Origin: a virus
Lineage: Duplodnaviria; Heunggongvirae; Uroviricota; Caudoviricetes
Length of the DNA: 64,000 nucleotides
Direction: 5' to 3' (one strand)
Virus record (IMG/VR): IMGVR_UViG_3300027852_001421
Shown: piece after piece, positions 46,951 to 56,210 of the stretch
Numbering within the stretch: position 1 is the stretch's first letter
Layout: the number at the start of each line of letters is the position of its first letter
Notes under the pieces: model-generated
What the model saw: the letters and a program-made list of their open reading frames with translations, nothing else
The model's database searches: none
What the model was told of the DNA's origin: nothing
Made by a program: the position numbers and the translations under genes

Positions 46951-48102
46951 TTACCTAAAAGCGTCTCGGGATGCCTTGAAGGACGCTACCAGGGCATCAT
47001 GAACCACAGGTTCTGGCGGTGCTTCCCCCTCCTCGCAGTCTCCCCCCAAGCTCACGAGCTCTGAGAGCGCCGCAGAGCGCCCAGGACGGCCCTCAAGACC
47101 AAAGGCGCGGCGCACATCTGCCAAGGTCTCCATGGTGATCACATGGGCGCGTTTGCGGCCCTCCTCGAGGATGTGGGCCACCAACCCTTCGTCAGCTGCG
47201 GCTTCAGCGCGACGCATCCGCATCGGCGCCAACATGTCCTGCAAGATCCCGTCCAAGCGACGCTTCAGAACCATATCGCCGAGCCCGCCGGCGCGGTACT
47301 GATCCTTAAGTTCGGCGACAGCATCGCTGTCCGGATCAAATGCATCGAGCATCGCAAAGACAACATTGCCCTCGACCTTGCCAGGATCAGAGACCTTCAG
47401 GTGACCGGGATCGGTGAACATCCGCAAGACCGCCGCGCGGATCTCCTCCGGGCTGTCGCGGAGCGCGATGGCATTTCCGGCGGACTTTGACATCTTGCCC
47501 GCCCCGTCGATGCCCGGTAGGCGCGGTGCGTTGCTCTGGATCAAGGTCGGGGTGACCAGCACGTTGCGCCCCGCCATGCGGTTTACCTTTCCCGCGATCT
47601 CACTGGTGATCTCCACAAGCGGCGCCTGGTCGGCGCCCGCGGGCACAATGTCCGCGCCAAAGGCTGTGATGTCGGCCGCCTGGCTCACGGGGTAGCAAAG
47701 AAAGCCCGCCGGGGTGCCATCGCCAAAGCCGCGCTGGGCGATCTCCTCACGGATTGTGGGGATGCGCATCAGCCGCGGCACGGTGACCAGGTTCATATAG
47801 AGCATGGTCAGCTCGTTGAGTGCCGGCAGATCGGATTGACGTACGATGGTCACCCGTTCCGGGTCGATGCCGGCCGCAATGTAATCGAGCACCACCTCGC
47901 GCACATTGGCCGCCACATCAGCGGCGCGCCCGGCGTTGTCTGTCAGCGCCTGCATGTCAGCCACCAGAATGGTCACATCGTTCTTGTCCTGCAGAGCGGC
48001 GCGCGCCTGAAGGGTGCCGGCCAGATGGCCGAGATGCAGCGGACCGGTGGGCCGGTCGCCGGTGAGAATGGTTTTGCCTTCGAGGGTCGAGAGATCTTGC
48101 AT
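46951..48102 (-). CDS. trpS: tryptophan--tRNA ligase
   Basis: HIGH-type TGPLHLGHLAG and KMSKS motifs. 383 aa with a C-terminal extension of about 40 aa. Confidence 0.85.
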   Translation of the reverse strand: MQDLSTLEGKTILTGDRPTGPLHLGHLAGTLQARAALQDKNDVTILVADMQALTDNAGRAADVAANVREVVLDYIAAGIDPERVTIVRQSDLPALNELTMLYMNLVTVPRLMRIPTIREEIAQRGFGDGTPAGFLCYPVSQAADITAFGADIVPAGADQAPLVEITSEIAGKVNRMAGRNVLVTPTLIQSNAPRLPGIDGAGKMSKSAGNAIALRDSPEEIRAAVLRMFTDPGHLKVSDPGKVEGNVVFAMLDAFDPDSDAVAELKDQYRAGGLGDMVLKRRLDGILQDMLAPMRMRRAEAAADEGLVAHILEEGRKRAHVITMETLADVRRAFGLEGRPGRSAALSELVSLGGDCEEGEAPPEPVVHDALVASFKASRDAFR

Positions 48103-48214
48103 GGTCTTGTCCTTTATGAAGAGAGGACAGCCACATGATGGGAAGGGTCTTTCAGGACATCACAAGCCGCATCACGCGGCCGGTCCTGGGGTTGGTCACA
48201 GGAATTGGGCCGCC

Positions 48215-48312
48215 TCAGAGAGGCAGCCACCAATTGATCGCGCAGATGGGTTTATCCTGTTTCATAAGCTGATCTTAGAAAGCGCGAGGCAGAAAGGCAA
48301 TGCGAAAAACAC
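48215..48312 (-). promoter_or_regulatory. trpS leader: TTTTTCGCA motif, sigma70-like promoter (TTGCCT-17-TAAGAT) and 16-codon leader ORF MKQDKPICAINWWLPL with tandem Trp codons
   Basis: Read on the minus strand. The leader ATG is 6 nt after the -10 hexamer (leaderless geometry); TGG TGG at plus coordinates 48228-48233. Confidence 0.45.
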
Positions 48313-48398
48313 GCCATTCGGCAGGAGGTCATGGAAAAAGCCCAGTGGGGTGATCCACTGGGCTTTGGCATTCTGGCGCCTAGCGCCCGGTGGGGACC

Positions 48399-48863
48399 TT
48401 AACCTGCATCCTTCGACGCTGGCGACGTGATCGTAGCCGCTCCTTCAGGGGTGGCGTCTTTCAGCATTTTCAGGCCACCGTAGAGCGCCAAGCCAGCCCC
48501 AATGAAGTAAACCGGCATGCCGATGCTGGCCAGTTGCAAGAGCTCACCCACACCGCTGATGGGCAGATCACCTGCAGCCGAGCTGAGGCGCATCATGGCA
48601 AGTACGGCCAACACAAAAGGGAGCGCACCGGCCGCCACGGCCATGCGTGCATCGAGGCGCCCCGTCGCGGCCATGCCGCAGGTAGCGGCTGCGAGAATGA
48701 AGCTGCCGAGGAATACGAGGACGCCAAATGACATCATGTCACCCCCGGCCCTCAGGAGGTAGCTTGGCGAAAAGCTCCCAAGCCAGGTGCTGACCCAGGG
48801 CAGGAAGAAACTGATGGCCGTAGCGGCCGTGCCGCCGATGATGAGTTTGGTGTTCTTATTCAT
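48399..48863 (-). CDS. polytopic membrane protein (154 aa)
   Basis: Four hydrophobic helices. Confidence 0.55.
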   Translation of the reverse strand: MNKNTKLIIGGTAATAISFFLPWVSTWLGSFSPSYLLRAGGDMMSFGVLVFLGSFILAAATCGMAATGRLDARMAVAAGALPFVLAVLAMMRLSSAAGDLPISGVGELLQLASIGMPVYFIGAGLALYGGLKMLKDATPEGAATITSPASKDAG

Positions 48864-48931
48864 TGGGTCGTATTCCTTATTTGTCTGGGAAAGTCAGTAT
48901 TGCCGAGGCGGGTTCGCCTCGGCATTTATGT

Positions 48932-49267
48932 TCAGCATTGCTTGTAGATACGCGCGACGCCGCGGCTGTAGACAATTAGGTCGTCAAAGCTAGAACCAAT
49001 GAACGCGCGCTCGGTCCATGTGCTCCCTTCCCCGCTACAGAACATGTCGTAGAGCTTTGCTTCCGGCATATCCCGAAGGCTGGTGATGCTGGTGAGCTCG
49101 CAGGTTGTCTCAATGAAACGGATCTTGTTGCCCGAAATCATGACCTGCGTCTCCGGGTAGGCGCCGCTGCAGTGCTGGGGGTCCATAGCCCAGGTTCCCT
49201 GAATGGAACCTGCGGCGGCCGGTAAGGCGAGAAGACCAAATACGGTTGAGAGAATGAGGTTGCGCAT
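48932..49267 (-). CDS. small secreted Cys-containing protein
   Basis: AAGGAG before ATG 49267. Signal peptide MRNLILSTVFGLLALPAAAG. Confidence 0.5.
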   Translation of the reverse strand: MRNLILSTVFGLLALPAAAGSIQGTWAMDPQHCSGAYPETQVMISGNKIRFIETTCELTSITSLRDMPEAKLYDMFCSGEGSTWTERAFIGSSFDDLIVYSRGVARIYKQC

Positions 49268-49435
49268 AAATACTCCTTGATTGCGTAATACCGATATCGC
49301 GGCAGCCGGGCGGCCATGACAGGCTCTCACCATTAAATTACATTTTTCGTTGTCAGAAAACCTCGGTTTGGGGTATTTCGCAGGCGATTTCAAGGTCAAT
49401 GCGGTTCACCCTGCCACATTTGGGTGGCCCCCCAG

Positions 49436-49792
49436 TCAATGCCGACTTTCAGGTCGAACGATCTCGAGGGAAGCTTGAACAGCAATAAGTCGGTCAGATT
49501 GCTTTCTGAGGTCCTGCGCGATTTCGCCGATGAGATCATAGTGGTGCTTATCGATGGTTTTACCATTGTGCCAATGTTGCGCCGGTTCTGTGCAGAGCCG
49601 CTCAAGGCTGAAGGTATTGCTGCCAAATTCCTCCTCATCAAGGAACACGGTTATGCTAATATCCTTGTTGTGCCAGCCGGTTAAGAAGTTCAACATATAC
49701 CCCTCAGAGCGCATTTTGAGCACCTCATCTTTGTACGATTGCGCTATCCGATCGAGCATCCATTCAGGGATATCAAATCTCTCTTCAGTCAT
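49436..49792 (-). CDS. hypothetical protein (118 aa)
   Basis: AAGGAG 8 nt before ATG. Confidence 0.55.
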   Translation of the reverse strand: MTEERFDIPEWMLDRIAQSYKDEVLKMRSEGYMLNFLTGWHNKDISITVFLDEEEFGSNTFSLERLCTEPAQHWHNGKTIDKHHYDLIGEIAQDLRKQSDRLIAVQASLEIVRPESRH

Positions 49793-50019
49793 AACCTTAC
49801 TCCTTTTTCAGTTCGATGGAGATCATGTCAGGCGGAGTTCTCAACTGACGCAAGCCGCAATTTTGCAATGATACGGTATGAGACGCTATGCGACTAAAAA
49901 AACTTCGACGGTGCCTTTCGTCCTGCGGGGAAATCGGTCCGTGAGCGTGACAGCCTGTGCGAAAACAAATATCTCTAGGCGAATCATCTAACTGTTCACG
50001 GCGTTACATCGGGGGAGTC

Positions 50020-50904
50020 ATGCTTAACTTGGATCATCTGTCCGATGGCGATCGTGCTCGTGTGTTTTTCGACCCGCCTCGGGTCGAGGACAGCATCGAA
50101 ATCAATTCCGCTGAAGGGCCTGTCCTCGCGGTCGCCGGCATGCGCTACATCCAAGACGAAACCCACCGCCGTGCCTGGGCCATGCCGACAATTCTCGATC
50201 TCAAGGGCGCGGACATCGTCAGCGTTGAGGTTATCGAGACGGCGGATGGAATTGTCCGGCGCCGGGCGGAAGTAGCGCGCGGTGAACTGGTCTTTCCTGA
50301 TCCTCCGGCTGATCCGGGTGAAATCGAGGACGCGCTTGACCACCTGGCCGCCCTGATTGCACGGGAACCTGACAAGCGGATCATCCGTGGCCGGCAGCGC
50401 CAGCTGCACGTGCAATTCGATGATATCGCCGATCAGATCTCACTGGCTGCATCAAAACGACAGTATGTACTGACCCGCGCCTTGACCGGGGGCGACTTCC
50501 ATCCTTGGGAGACCCGGGACCCCCATGTCTTCCGCAACGGCACAGTCCGTCCCCTCCCGGCTGATTTCGAGCCGGACCCAGCAGCCCGGCGCGACCGGCC
50601 GCGGCGTTTAGAAGAAGCGGTGCGCATCTTCGGTGAGGCTGAGCGTGAAGTGCGCTCCCTGCTGTCCGCTCTGCGTGCCCAGGGCTTCGACGTGCGGCGG
50701 CCGCATCCCAATGCTCAGGAGATCAGATCGCGGTACCGCCAAGGCCGCTCCGCTGTCGATCTCGGCATTACTGTAACCGGAAATGGCCTATGGCAGGTCA
50801 TGCGTGTCCCACCGGAGAACAAGACCAAGGGAAAGGTCTTGCGCCAGGTCATGGCCCGCGGGGAATGGGAACGCCTGGAGGCGGTCCTTATGGCTCTGGT
50901 GTAA
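50020..50904 (+). CDS. hypothetical protein (294 aa)
   Basis: GGGGGAG before ATG 50020. TGCGAAAAC motif about 55 nt upstream. Confidence 0.55.
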   Translation: MLNLDHLSDGDRARVFFDPPRVEDSIEINSAEGPVLAVAGMRYIQDETHRRAWAMPTILDLKGADIVSVEVIETADGIVRRRAEVARGELVFPDPPADPGEIEDALDHLAALIAREPDKRIIRGRQRQLHVQFDDIADQISLAASKRQYVLTRALTGGDFHPWETRDPHVFRNGTVRPLPADFEPDPAARRDRPRRLEEAVRIFGEAEREVRSLLSALRAQGFDVRRPHPNAQEIRSRYRQGRSAVDLGITVTGNGLWQVMRVPPENKTKGKVLRQVMARGEWERLEAVLMALV

Positions 50905-51337
50905 GTGCCTTTTCTGGCTGCGCTTGCGGTGACCGGCTCATGACCGGCCCTTCATCCATGAAAGATGCTTCCGCGGGGATAAAGCCCCTCCTGCTGTACC
51001 AGTTGGTGAGGTTCATTTCGTTGAGCGGGCCGGTAGGCACCACTTCCATACGCAGAGCAATTTCATGTTTGTCTGCCAAAGCGCAAAGAGCCTCAAGCAT
51101 ACGCGTGCCGTGCCCCTGCCCTAGCATCGGGCGCCGGACCTTGATCAGACTGACGCTGACCTCCTGATCTTCATGGATGTCATCGAGACAGAAGGCCCCG
51201 ATTTCCACGCCCTCATGCGCAAAACGATAAAAACCGTCGACATCCGGCCAAAGCGCATCTGCTTCAGCCAGGAAGGCTGCGGCCGGTGACAGGTCTTGAT
51301 CAGCGGGCGCCGCATCGTGCTGGTCGTAATGTGTCAT
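50888..51337 (-). CDS. GNAT-family N-acetyltransferase
   Basis: VRRPMLGQGHGTRMLEAL (motif A, R/Q-x-x-G-x-G/A) plus a downstream acidic/hydrophobic motif B region. 149 aa. Confidence 0.65.
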   Translation of the reverse strand: MTHYDQHDAAPADQDLSPAAAFLAEADALWPDVDGFYRFAHEGVEIGAFCLDDIHEDQEVSVSLIKVRRPMLGQGHGTRMLEALCALADKHEIALRMEVVPTGPLNEMNLTNWYSRRGFIPAEASFMDEGPVMSRSPQAQPEKALTPEP

Positions 51338-51553
51338 AAGAGCTCCGCAATCTTGTGTTCCGCTCAGCATAGCCCCTATCGCCGAAAACCGGGCATCCTG
51401 CCCGGGGAGGATAATTTCAGTTATTCTTGGTCTTTTCATACAGTCTCTCCAGAATCCCGATAAAGAAGTCTCGCTTTAAAATTCGCATATCTTGTCTTGA
51501 AGTGGATAAGGGCCCACATAATATTGATAGAAGGATCACAGGGGGCATGAACG

Positions 51554-51781
51554 ATGAGCTTTTCCAAAACCAAAGAGTTTCAGGAGATGAAGCGCAGCCT
51601 GCAAGAACGCAGCCAGGCGAGCCGCAAGGAGCATGCACAAGCCATGGCAGCCGCCGAGATCGACCAGGAAGCAGACCTCTCGGGCAGCACACTTCTGTCT
51701 CCCGCGGAGTTCAAATTCGCGATGGCCACCGGTGTGGATCCGCAAGGAGCCTACACCGATGAGCAAGAGGAAGATCACTAA
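51554..51781 (+). CDS. small acidic protein (possible antitoxin-like partner); C-terminus TDEQEEDH
   Basis: 75-aa ORF overlapping the start of the downstream RelE/ParE-like gene by 23 nt. Confidence 0.4.
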   Translation: MSFSKTKEFQEMKRSLQERSQASRKEHAQAMAAAEIDQEADLSGSTLLSPAEFKFAMATGVDPQGAYTDEQEEDH

Positions 51782-52433
51782 GGTCGAGATTTCCAAGCTC
51801 TTTTGGAAGGACCTCGCGAAAGCGCGCAACAACCCGGATTACTGGACGATCCGCAAACAGATCGGTGAGATGGTCAGCAAGACCGCCGCGGGAGAGCCAG
51901 GGGGCGACAACCCTTTCTCCGGCAAGCGCTTTGCTGGCATCCGGCATATGCATGTCGCCGCCAAGCTCATTGTCTTTACCACCTACCCCGACGATGACAC
52001 GATGCGCATCTGCGCGCTGAAGAAGCATGACTTCTATGGTTTCAAGCGTGAGCGCAAAGGTATGGCCGAAAAGGCTGCGCAAAAGATCTGGAACGCGTCG
52101 AACAGCCCGGCCGTGGGCTCTCCAGGCTGGGGCACGATCAAATGGTCAGACCCCGGCGAGATTCCGGGGCACCCGGAGCTGCCGGAGTGTTCTTCGGAGA
52201 CGCTCAACACGCTTTATCAGGAGGTTCTCGATGAGATCGACAGCCTCGAGAAGCTCGATGTGCAGATCGCAGGCATGTCGAACCGGACCGGTCAGCGTGT
52301 CGCGGAATCCTGGATTGAAAGCCTGATCGAGGCACAGGAGGCTGTGGAGATGCAGATCCTGAAGCAGGCGCGCCGCAAGCCAGATGCATTGCCTGTGGCG
52401 GAGTTTGAGCGTTGGACCCTATCACCTGAATAG
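51759..52433 (+). CDS. RelE/ParE-like toxin-fold N-terminal domain fused to an about 130-aa C-terminal extension
   Basis: GIRHMHVAAKLIVFTTYPDDDTMRICALKKHDFYG resembles the RelE/ParE/YafQ beta-sheet (R...YRIIY..DD....I..I.HR.D.Y), preceded by the usual two helices. Confidence 0.45.
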   Translation: MSKRKITKVEISKLFWKDLAKARNNPDYWTIRKQIGEMVSKTAAGEPGGDNPFSGKRFAGIRHMHVAAKLIVFTTYPDDDTMRICALKKHDFYGFKRERKGMAEKAAQKIWNASNSPAVGSPGWGTIKWSDPGEIPGHPELPECSSETLNTLYQEVLDEIDSLEKLDVQIAGMSNRTGQRVAESWIESLIEAQEAVEMQILKQARRKPDALPVAEFERWTLSPE

Positions 52434-52581
52434 GAAGCCGCGCCCGCGGTAGCGGACCGGAACCCTGCCAGTTTGACCTATTAAGAATTGTGCCCTACCG
52501 TTTCATCTGTGTTGCGCCACCAGCTGGGTGAACGTGACGATGCAATTTTCAGACTCCGCGAATTTTCAAGAAAGGTCATAT

Positions 52582-53574
52582 ATGCCCAAATTCCTTGATG
52601 GTGCTAAATTACTCCAGCGCATGAATACCGAACTAAGACACTCAAAAAGCGCCGATCTCGCAGTCGCATTCTGGGGTGCCGGCGCGGCAGATGCGCTTGG
52701 CATCCAAGATGGAGCCAAGTTGCGGATCGTCTGCAACCTGATGAGCGGCGGCACGAACCCCAAAGAGATCAGCAAGCTTCAGGCGGGCGGTGCTGAGGTA
52801 CGCCAGCTTAACGATCTTCACGCAAAGATTGGCGTGATCGGAAATATGTCCTTCGTGGGGTCATCGAACATGTCGGCCAATGGCCTCGGCGCGGAGGGAC
52901 GCGCTGCACATTGGAGAGAGGCAAATGCTGTTTATGCAAAGGCTCGACCCGAAATTGCAAAGATGTTCAAAGGTTACTGGAAAGCTTCAGAGCCCATTAC
53001 AGAGGATGACCTGACAGCAGCCGCAGCCGCTTGGGCCAACCGGCAGCGTGGCAATGCAGTGGTGGCTGCGCGCAAAGGCGATCGAGGCTTGATCGACGTC
53101 CTGCGCAGCGCGCCTGAAGAACTGGATGCGCTCAATGTAAGAATGGTGGTCTTCGACACGATGACCGACCCGGATGAACTGGAGGTTCTCGATACGGCGG
53201 ACCAACAAGCCCAGGAAATGTACGGCCCTACCTTCTCCGTGTATTGGGACTGGGAGAGCATGGCGAAAGCCGCCCAATCCGCCTATCTCGTCTCATTCGA
53301 CTGGCCTGCGCGCGGCGGTATAGCGCGGGGCACGGTCCTTCGGCGCAATGCAGATGAGTTCTCGGATTTCGAAAAGGATGGCAGCATCTTCCATCCTGCC
53401 TATGAGGTCGAAAGCATTGAAGGGATGACGGTCGATGCGGGCGACAAAGCCGCCCTGCGCAAGGCATTCTCAGCCTATGTCAAAGCCGGTGCGACTGGAG
53501 AAGAGGATGAAGATCGGGCCTACAACTTCCCCATTTCGGAGTTGGCGCCCTATCTTCCACCGGCCAACAGCTGA
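52582..53574 (+). CDS. PLD-like (HKD-motif) domain protein, degenerate motif
   Basis: HAKIGVIGNMSFVGSSNMSANG: H-x-K then G in place of D, then the G/S-S-x-N tail of the HKD signature. Acidic C-terminal region. Confidence 0.5.
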   Translation: MPKFLDGAKLLQRMNTELRHSKSADLAVAFWGAGAADALGIQDGAKLRIVCNLMSGGTNPKEISKLQAGGAEVRQLNDLHAKIGVIGNMSFVGSSNMSANGLGAEGRAAHWREANAVYAKARPEIAKMFKGYWKASEPITEDDLTAAAAAWANRQRGNAVVAARKGDRGLIDVLRSAPEELDALNVRMVVFDTMTDPDELEVLDTADQQAQEMYGPTFSVYWDWESMAKAAQSAYLVSFDWPARGGIARGTVLRRNADEFSDFEKDGSIFHPAYEVESIEGMTVDAGDKAALRKAFSAYVKAGATGEEDEDRAYNFPISELAPYLPPANS

Positions 53575-53575
53575 G

Positions 53576-54790
53576 TCAGATACAGTTGCGCCAGGCCAGA
53601 GCAATGGATTGGCGCGCTGCTTCATCCAAGGCGCTCTCCTCACGGAAATTCCCCATAACCCGAGGAGCATCCAAAGAAAACTCCACCTGAGTGGCAGATG
53701 AAAACCTGTCACTCAGACCGATCATCGAGGCCCGGATCAGGATCATATCCCCGTTGTAACGGACATCGAGGTTCCGCCTCGTGATTTTGTGAAGCTGGCC
53801 ATCGATAACGACCTCCACAGCATCGAGCGGCAAATCATCTGGGTTCGGATAGGATGGGGTCCGCAGATCCATTATTATCATCATCATGGGTTTGCGATCA
53901 TTTAAGCAATACATCGTAATTTGCTCCAGCATGGAGTCGGAGCGTCTCGGCTTTGCAGCTGTAACCAGTCCGGTGCTGTAAGGCTCCATAAACCACGCCG
54001 CGAGGCCACTGCCGGAAGCGATGTTGAGCTCATCAATCTCATCCGCTGTGGGGAAGTATAGATCGTTGCTCTGTGTTGAAGATGCAAAGGCGACAACCCG
54101 TGGATCAATACCCATTTCGACAGCATACATGAGGATTTGGCCTGTGATCGCCTGGGCTACTGAGAGCGTGCTGGACCTTATTTGGGCAGCTTGTTCAGCA
54201 GTCACCAGATCGCTGTTATCCTCGCCGCCGCCGTAAAACTGATGGAAGCCCAGGGAGGCGTCATTCGTGGGGTAGTAGGGAGATTCCACAAAGCGTACTT
54301 CCCCGCCTAGAAAAGCATAGGCGCAGGAGCTTGCGCATATGCCGGGCTCGACGCCATCGTACCAGCTATCGCAAGGCGTGTTGTAGCTCTCATGCGTTCT
54401 TTCGGTCCGGCCAATATGTGCGGTGAGCCCGGCCTTCCGAAACAAACGACCCAACTCCAAGCCGGCAGACAGGTTTCCTCCTGGAGAATGCAAAACCAGC
54501 TGGCTCCCGCCCCAACTGCCGCCATCGTCGTTCAGGAATTCCCGGAAGCGGGCTGGTGTGTCTGGCTGAATGACGCCCGTAGCGGCGATCCAAGCTGAGG
54601 TGTTCGAGTTCCCTTTGCTTGTCGCCCAGGAGAACGTCATGGGGGCATCGAAGGCGCCGGGTTCAAGTGCTGCGGGCACTGCGCAGGCATCAGCTTGTTG
54701 CTGTGCAGATGCGCTGGAAGCGGCAAGCGTAAAAAGAACGCCAGCACAGGCTGAAAATACCGTAGTCCCGAGTTTTTCGTATGCGGACAT
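53576..54790 (-). CDS. secreted protein with ClpP/crotonase-fold serine-peptidase-like region
   Basis: Signal peptide MSAYEKLGTTVFSACAGVLFTLAASSASA. LVLHSPGGNLSAGLELGRLF and GICASSCAYAFLGG resemble the ClpP/SppA INSPGG...G.AAS blocks. Confidence 0.45.
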   Translation of the reverse strand: MSAYEKLGTTVFSACAGVLFTLAASSASAQQQADACAVPAALEPGAFDAPMTFSWATSKGNSNTSAWIAATGVIQPDTPARFREFLNDDGGSWGGSQLVLHSPGGNLSAGLELGRLFRKAGLTAHIGRTERTHESYNTPCDSWYDGVEPGICASSCAYAFLGGEVRFVESPYYPTNDASLGFHQFYGGGEDNSDLVTAEQAAQIRSSTLSVAQAITGQILMYAVEMGIDPRVVAFASSTQSNDLYFPTADEIDELNIASGSGLAAWFMEPYSTGLVTAAKPRRSDSMLEQITMYCLNDRKPMMMIIMDLRTPSYPNPDDLPLDAVEVVIDGQLHKITRRNLDVRYNGDMILIRASMIGLSDRFSSATQVEFSLDAPRVMGNFREESALDEAARQSIALAWRNCI

Positions 54791-54944
54791 CACCACATGT
54801 GAAGCTCTACCCAATCTCATCCGGATACCATCCTTTGCAAACAGCCGACCACAGACCCTATAGGGATACAACTATGGCACGCGATGCGGATTATCGATGA
54901 GTTTCTTCGGTATTGCGAAATAATCCCCGTGGAACTTCAGGGAG

Positions 54945-55535
54945 CTATGGTCCCGCCATCTCGATATCGTCATCTTCATCGAGAGAGATGTCGGGCGCAT
55001 CGAAGATCTCTTGCAAGCGTTCCAGCTCGCTGCGCTCTGCAGAGGGTTCAGGTAGGTGGAATGGATCATGAACCTCGTGAGGTGATATCACAATGCCATC
55101 CAGGGCCGAAGCTTTGTCGATCGTCATCATAGCGCGGCGGGTGGCAGTACCGTACAAATCCTTTTCGTGAAAGCCGAACAGGCCCCTCAGACCACCTGCC
55201 TTTTGCACCTCCGATCGCAGTTTTCTCTCCATATCTGTACGTGCGCTTAGATATCTCTCTTGAGAATCCGCAGGGAAGGCGTGATCCTCGTGCCCAGCCA
55301 TTCGGCGCAGGGCACCCCAATGCAAATTCAAGACATCAACGACTTCGACTAGGGCTGGCATGTAAATCGCACCAGTAGCCGCGCGACTGTTAAGTTCCTT
55401 TCTCAACCCCTGAAGCCCAATCAGGCCATGGATTTGGCCACTACAGATATCGATCTCGGCAAGGACCTCATCGATCTGTTCTGTCTGACTAGCATCTGGT
55501 TGCGTCACGGTTTTCTCCGTTCGCAGCAAGGTCAT
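54945..55535 (-). CDS. operon gene A: small acidic protein; paralog of gene D in its body; C-terminal tail LERLQEIFDAPDISLDEDDDIEMAGP
   Basis: ATGA overlap with gene B. Shares about 25 C-terminal residues and about 84 nt of DNA with gene B. Confidence 0.55.
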   Translation of the reverse strand: MTLLRTEKTVTQPDASQTEQIDEVLAEIDICSGQIHGLIGLQGLRKELNSRAATGAIYMPALVEVVDVLNLHWGALRRMAGHEDHAFPADSQERYLSARTDMERKLRSEVQKAGGLRGLFGFHEKDLYGTATRRAMMTIDKASALDGIVISPHEVHDPFHLPEPSAERSELERLQEIFDAPDISLDEDDDIEMAGP

Positions 55536-56209
55536 GGTCCCGCCATCTCGATGTCGTCGCTATCCTCAATAGATACGTCGGGCGCATCGAAGATCTCTTG
55601 CAAACGTTCCAGCACGATGTCCCGAAGCTCGGTCTCGCTCCGCGGCCGCGGAATGTTCGGATGGTGGATCGATTGACCGATCTGCGGAAATTCATCCGCA
55701 AGCTCCACCATGATGGCATCGATGACACTCGCGCGATCATAGACGCCCTCTTCAATGCCCTTCTGGCCAGTGGCGACCAACAGTTTGAAGAAGAACTCCG
55801 CGTGGCGCGCGCCCTGGATGTTGTCCAGCCAGCTGCCGCCGAGTGGCCATTGGCCATAACTGTCGTGGCATTGCTTCATGACCTCATTGGGGTCCAGGCC
55901 CAGGATGACGAACTTCTCCTTCCGGTCCCAGTGGCGCATGAGGCGGTAGTGCAGATCGTACCCTTTCAGGCATCCGTAGCGGCTCTCGTCCAGTGCGGCT
56001 TCACGGATACGCGTTCCACAGTTCTTTGCTGAGGTTTCGAAGTCTTCACCGTAGCCACTGGGAGCAAAATCCGGGTCTGAAACTTGCTCGTAGAAACCAG
56101 TATCCAACACCGCCCCGCCGCGCGAAGTGGATCTGCAGATGATCGTATCTGCAAAGTCATCCAGTGTACGTTTGCCGGGCGAATAGTATTTCTTGGAAAG
56201 CTGCATCAT
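55532..56209 (-). CDS. operon gene B: unrelated body carrying the same C-terminal tail LERLQEIFDAPDVSIEDSDDIEMAGP
   Basis: DNA 55534..55617 is about 85% identical to 54947..55030. Confidence 0.55.
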   Translation of the reverse strand: MMQLSKKYYSPGKRTLDDFADTIICRSTSRGGAVLDTGFYEQVSDPDFAPSGYGEDFETSAKNCGTRIREAALDESRYGCLKGYDLHYRLMRHWDRKEKFVILGLDPNEVMKQCHDSYGQWPLGGSWLDNIQGARHAEFFFKLLVATGQKGIEEGVYDRASVIDAIMVELADEFPQIGQSIHHPNIPRPRSETELRDIVLERLQEIFDAPDVSIEDSDDIEMAGP

Positions 56210-56210
56210 T

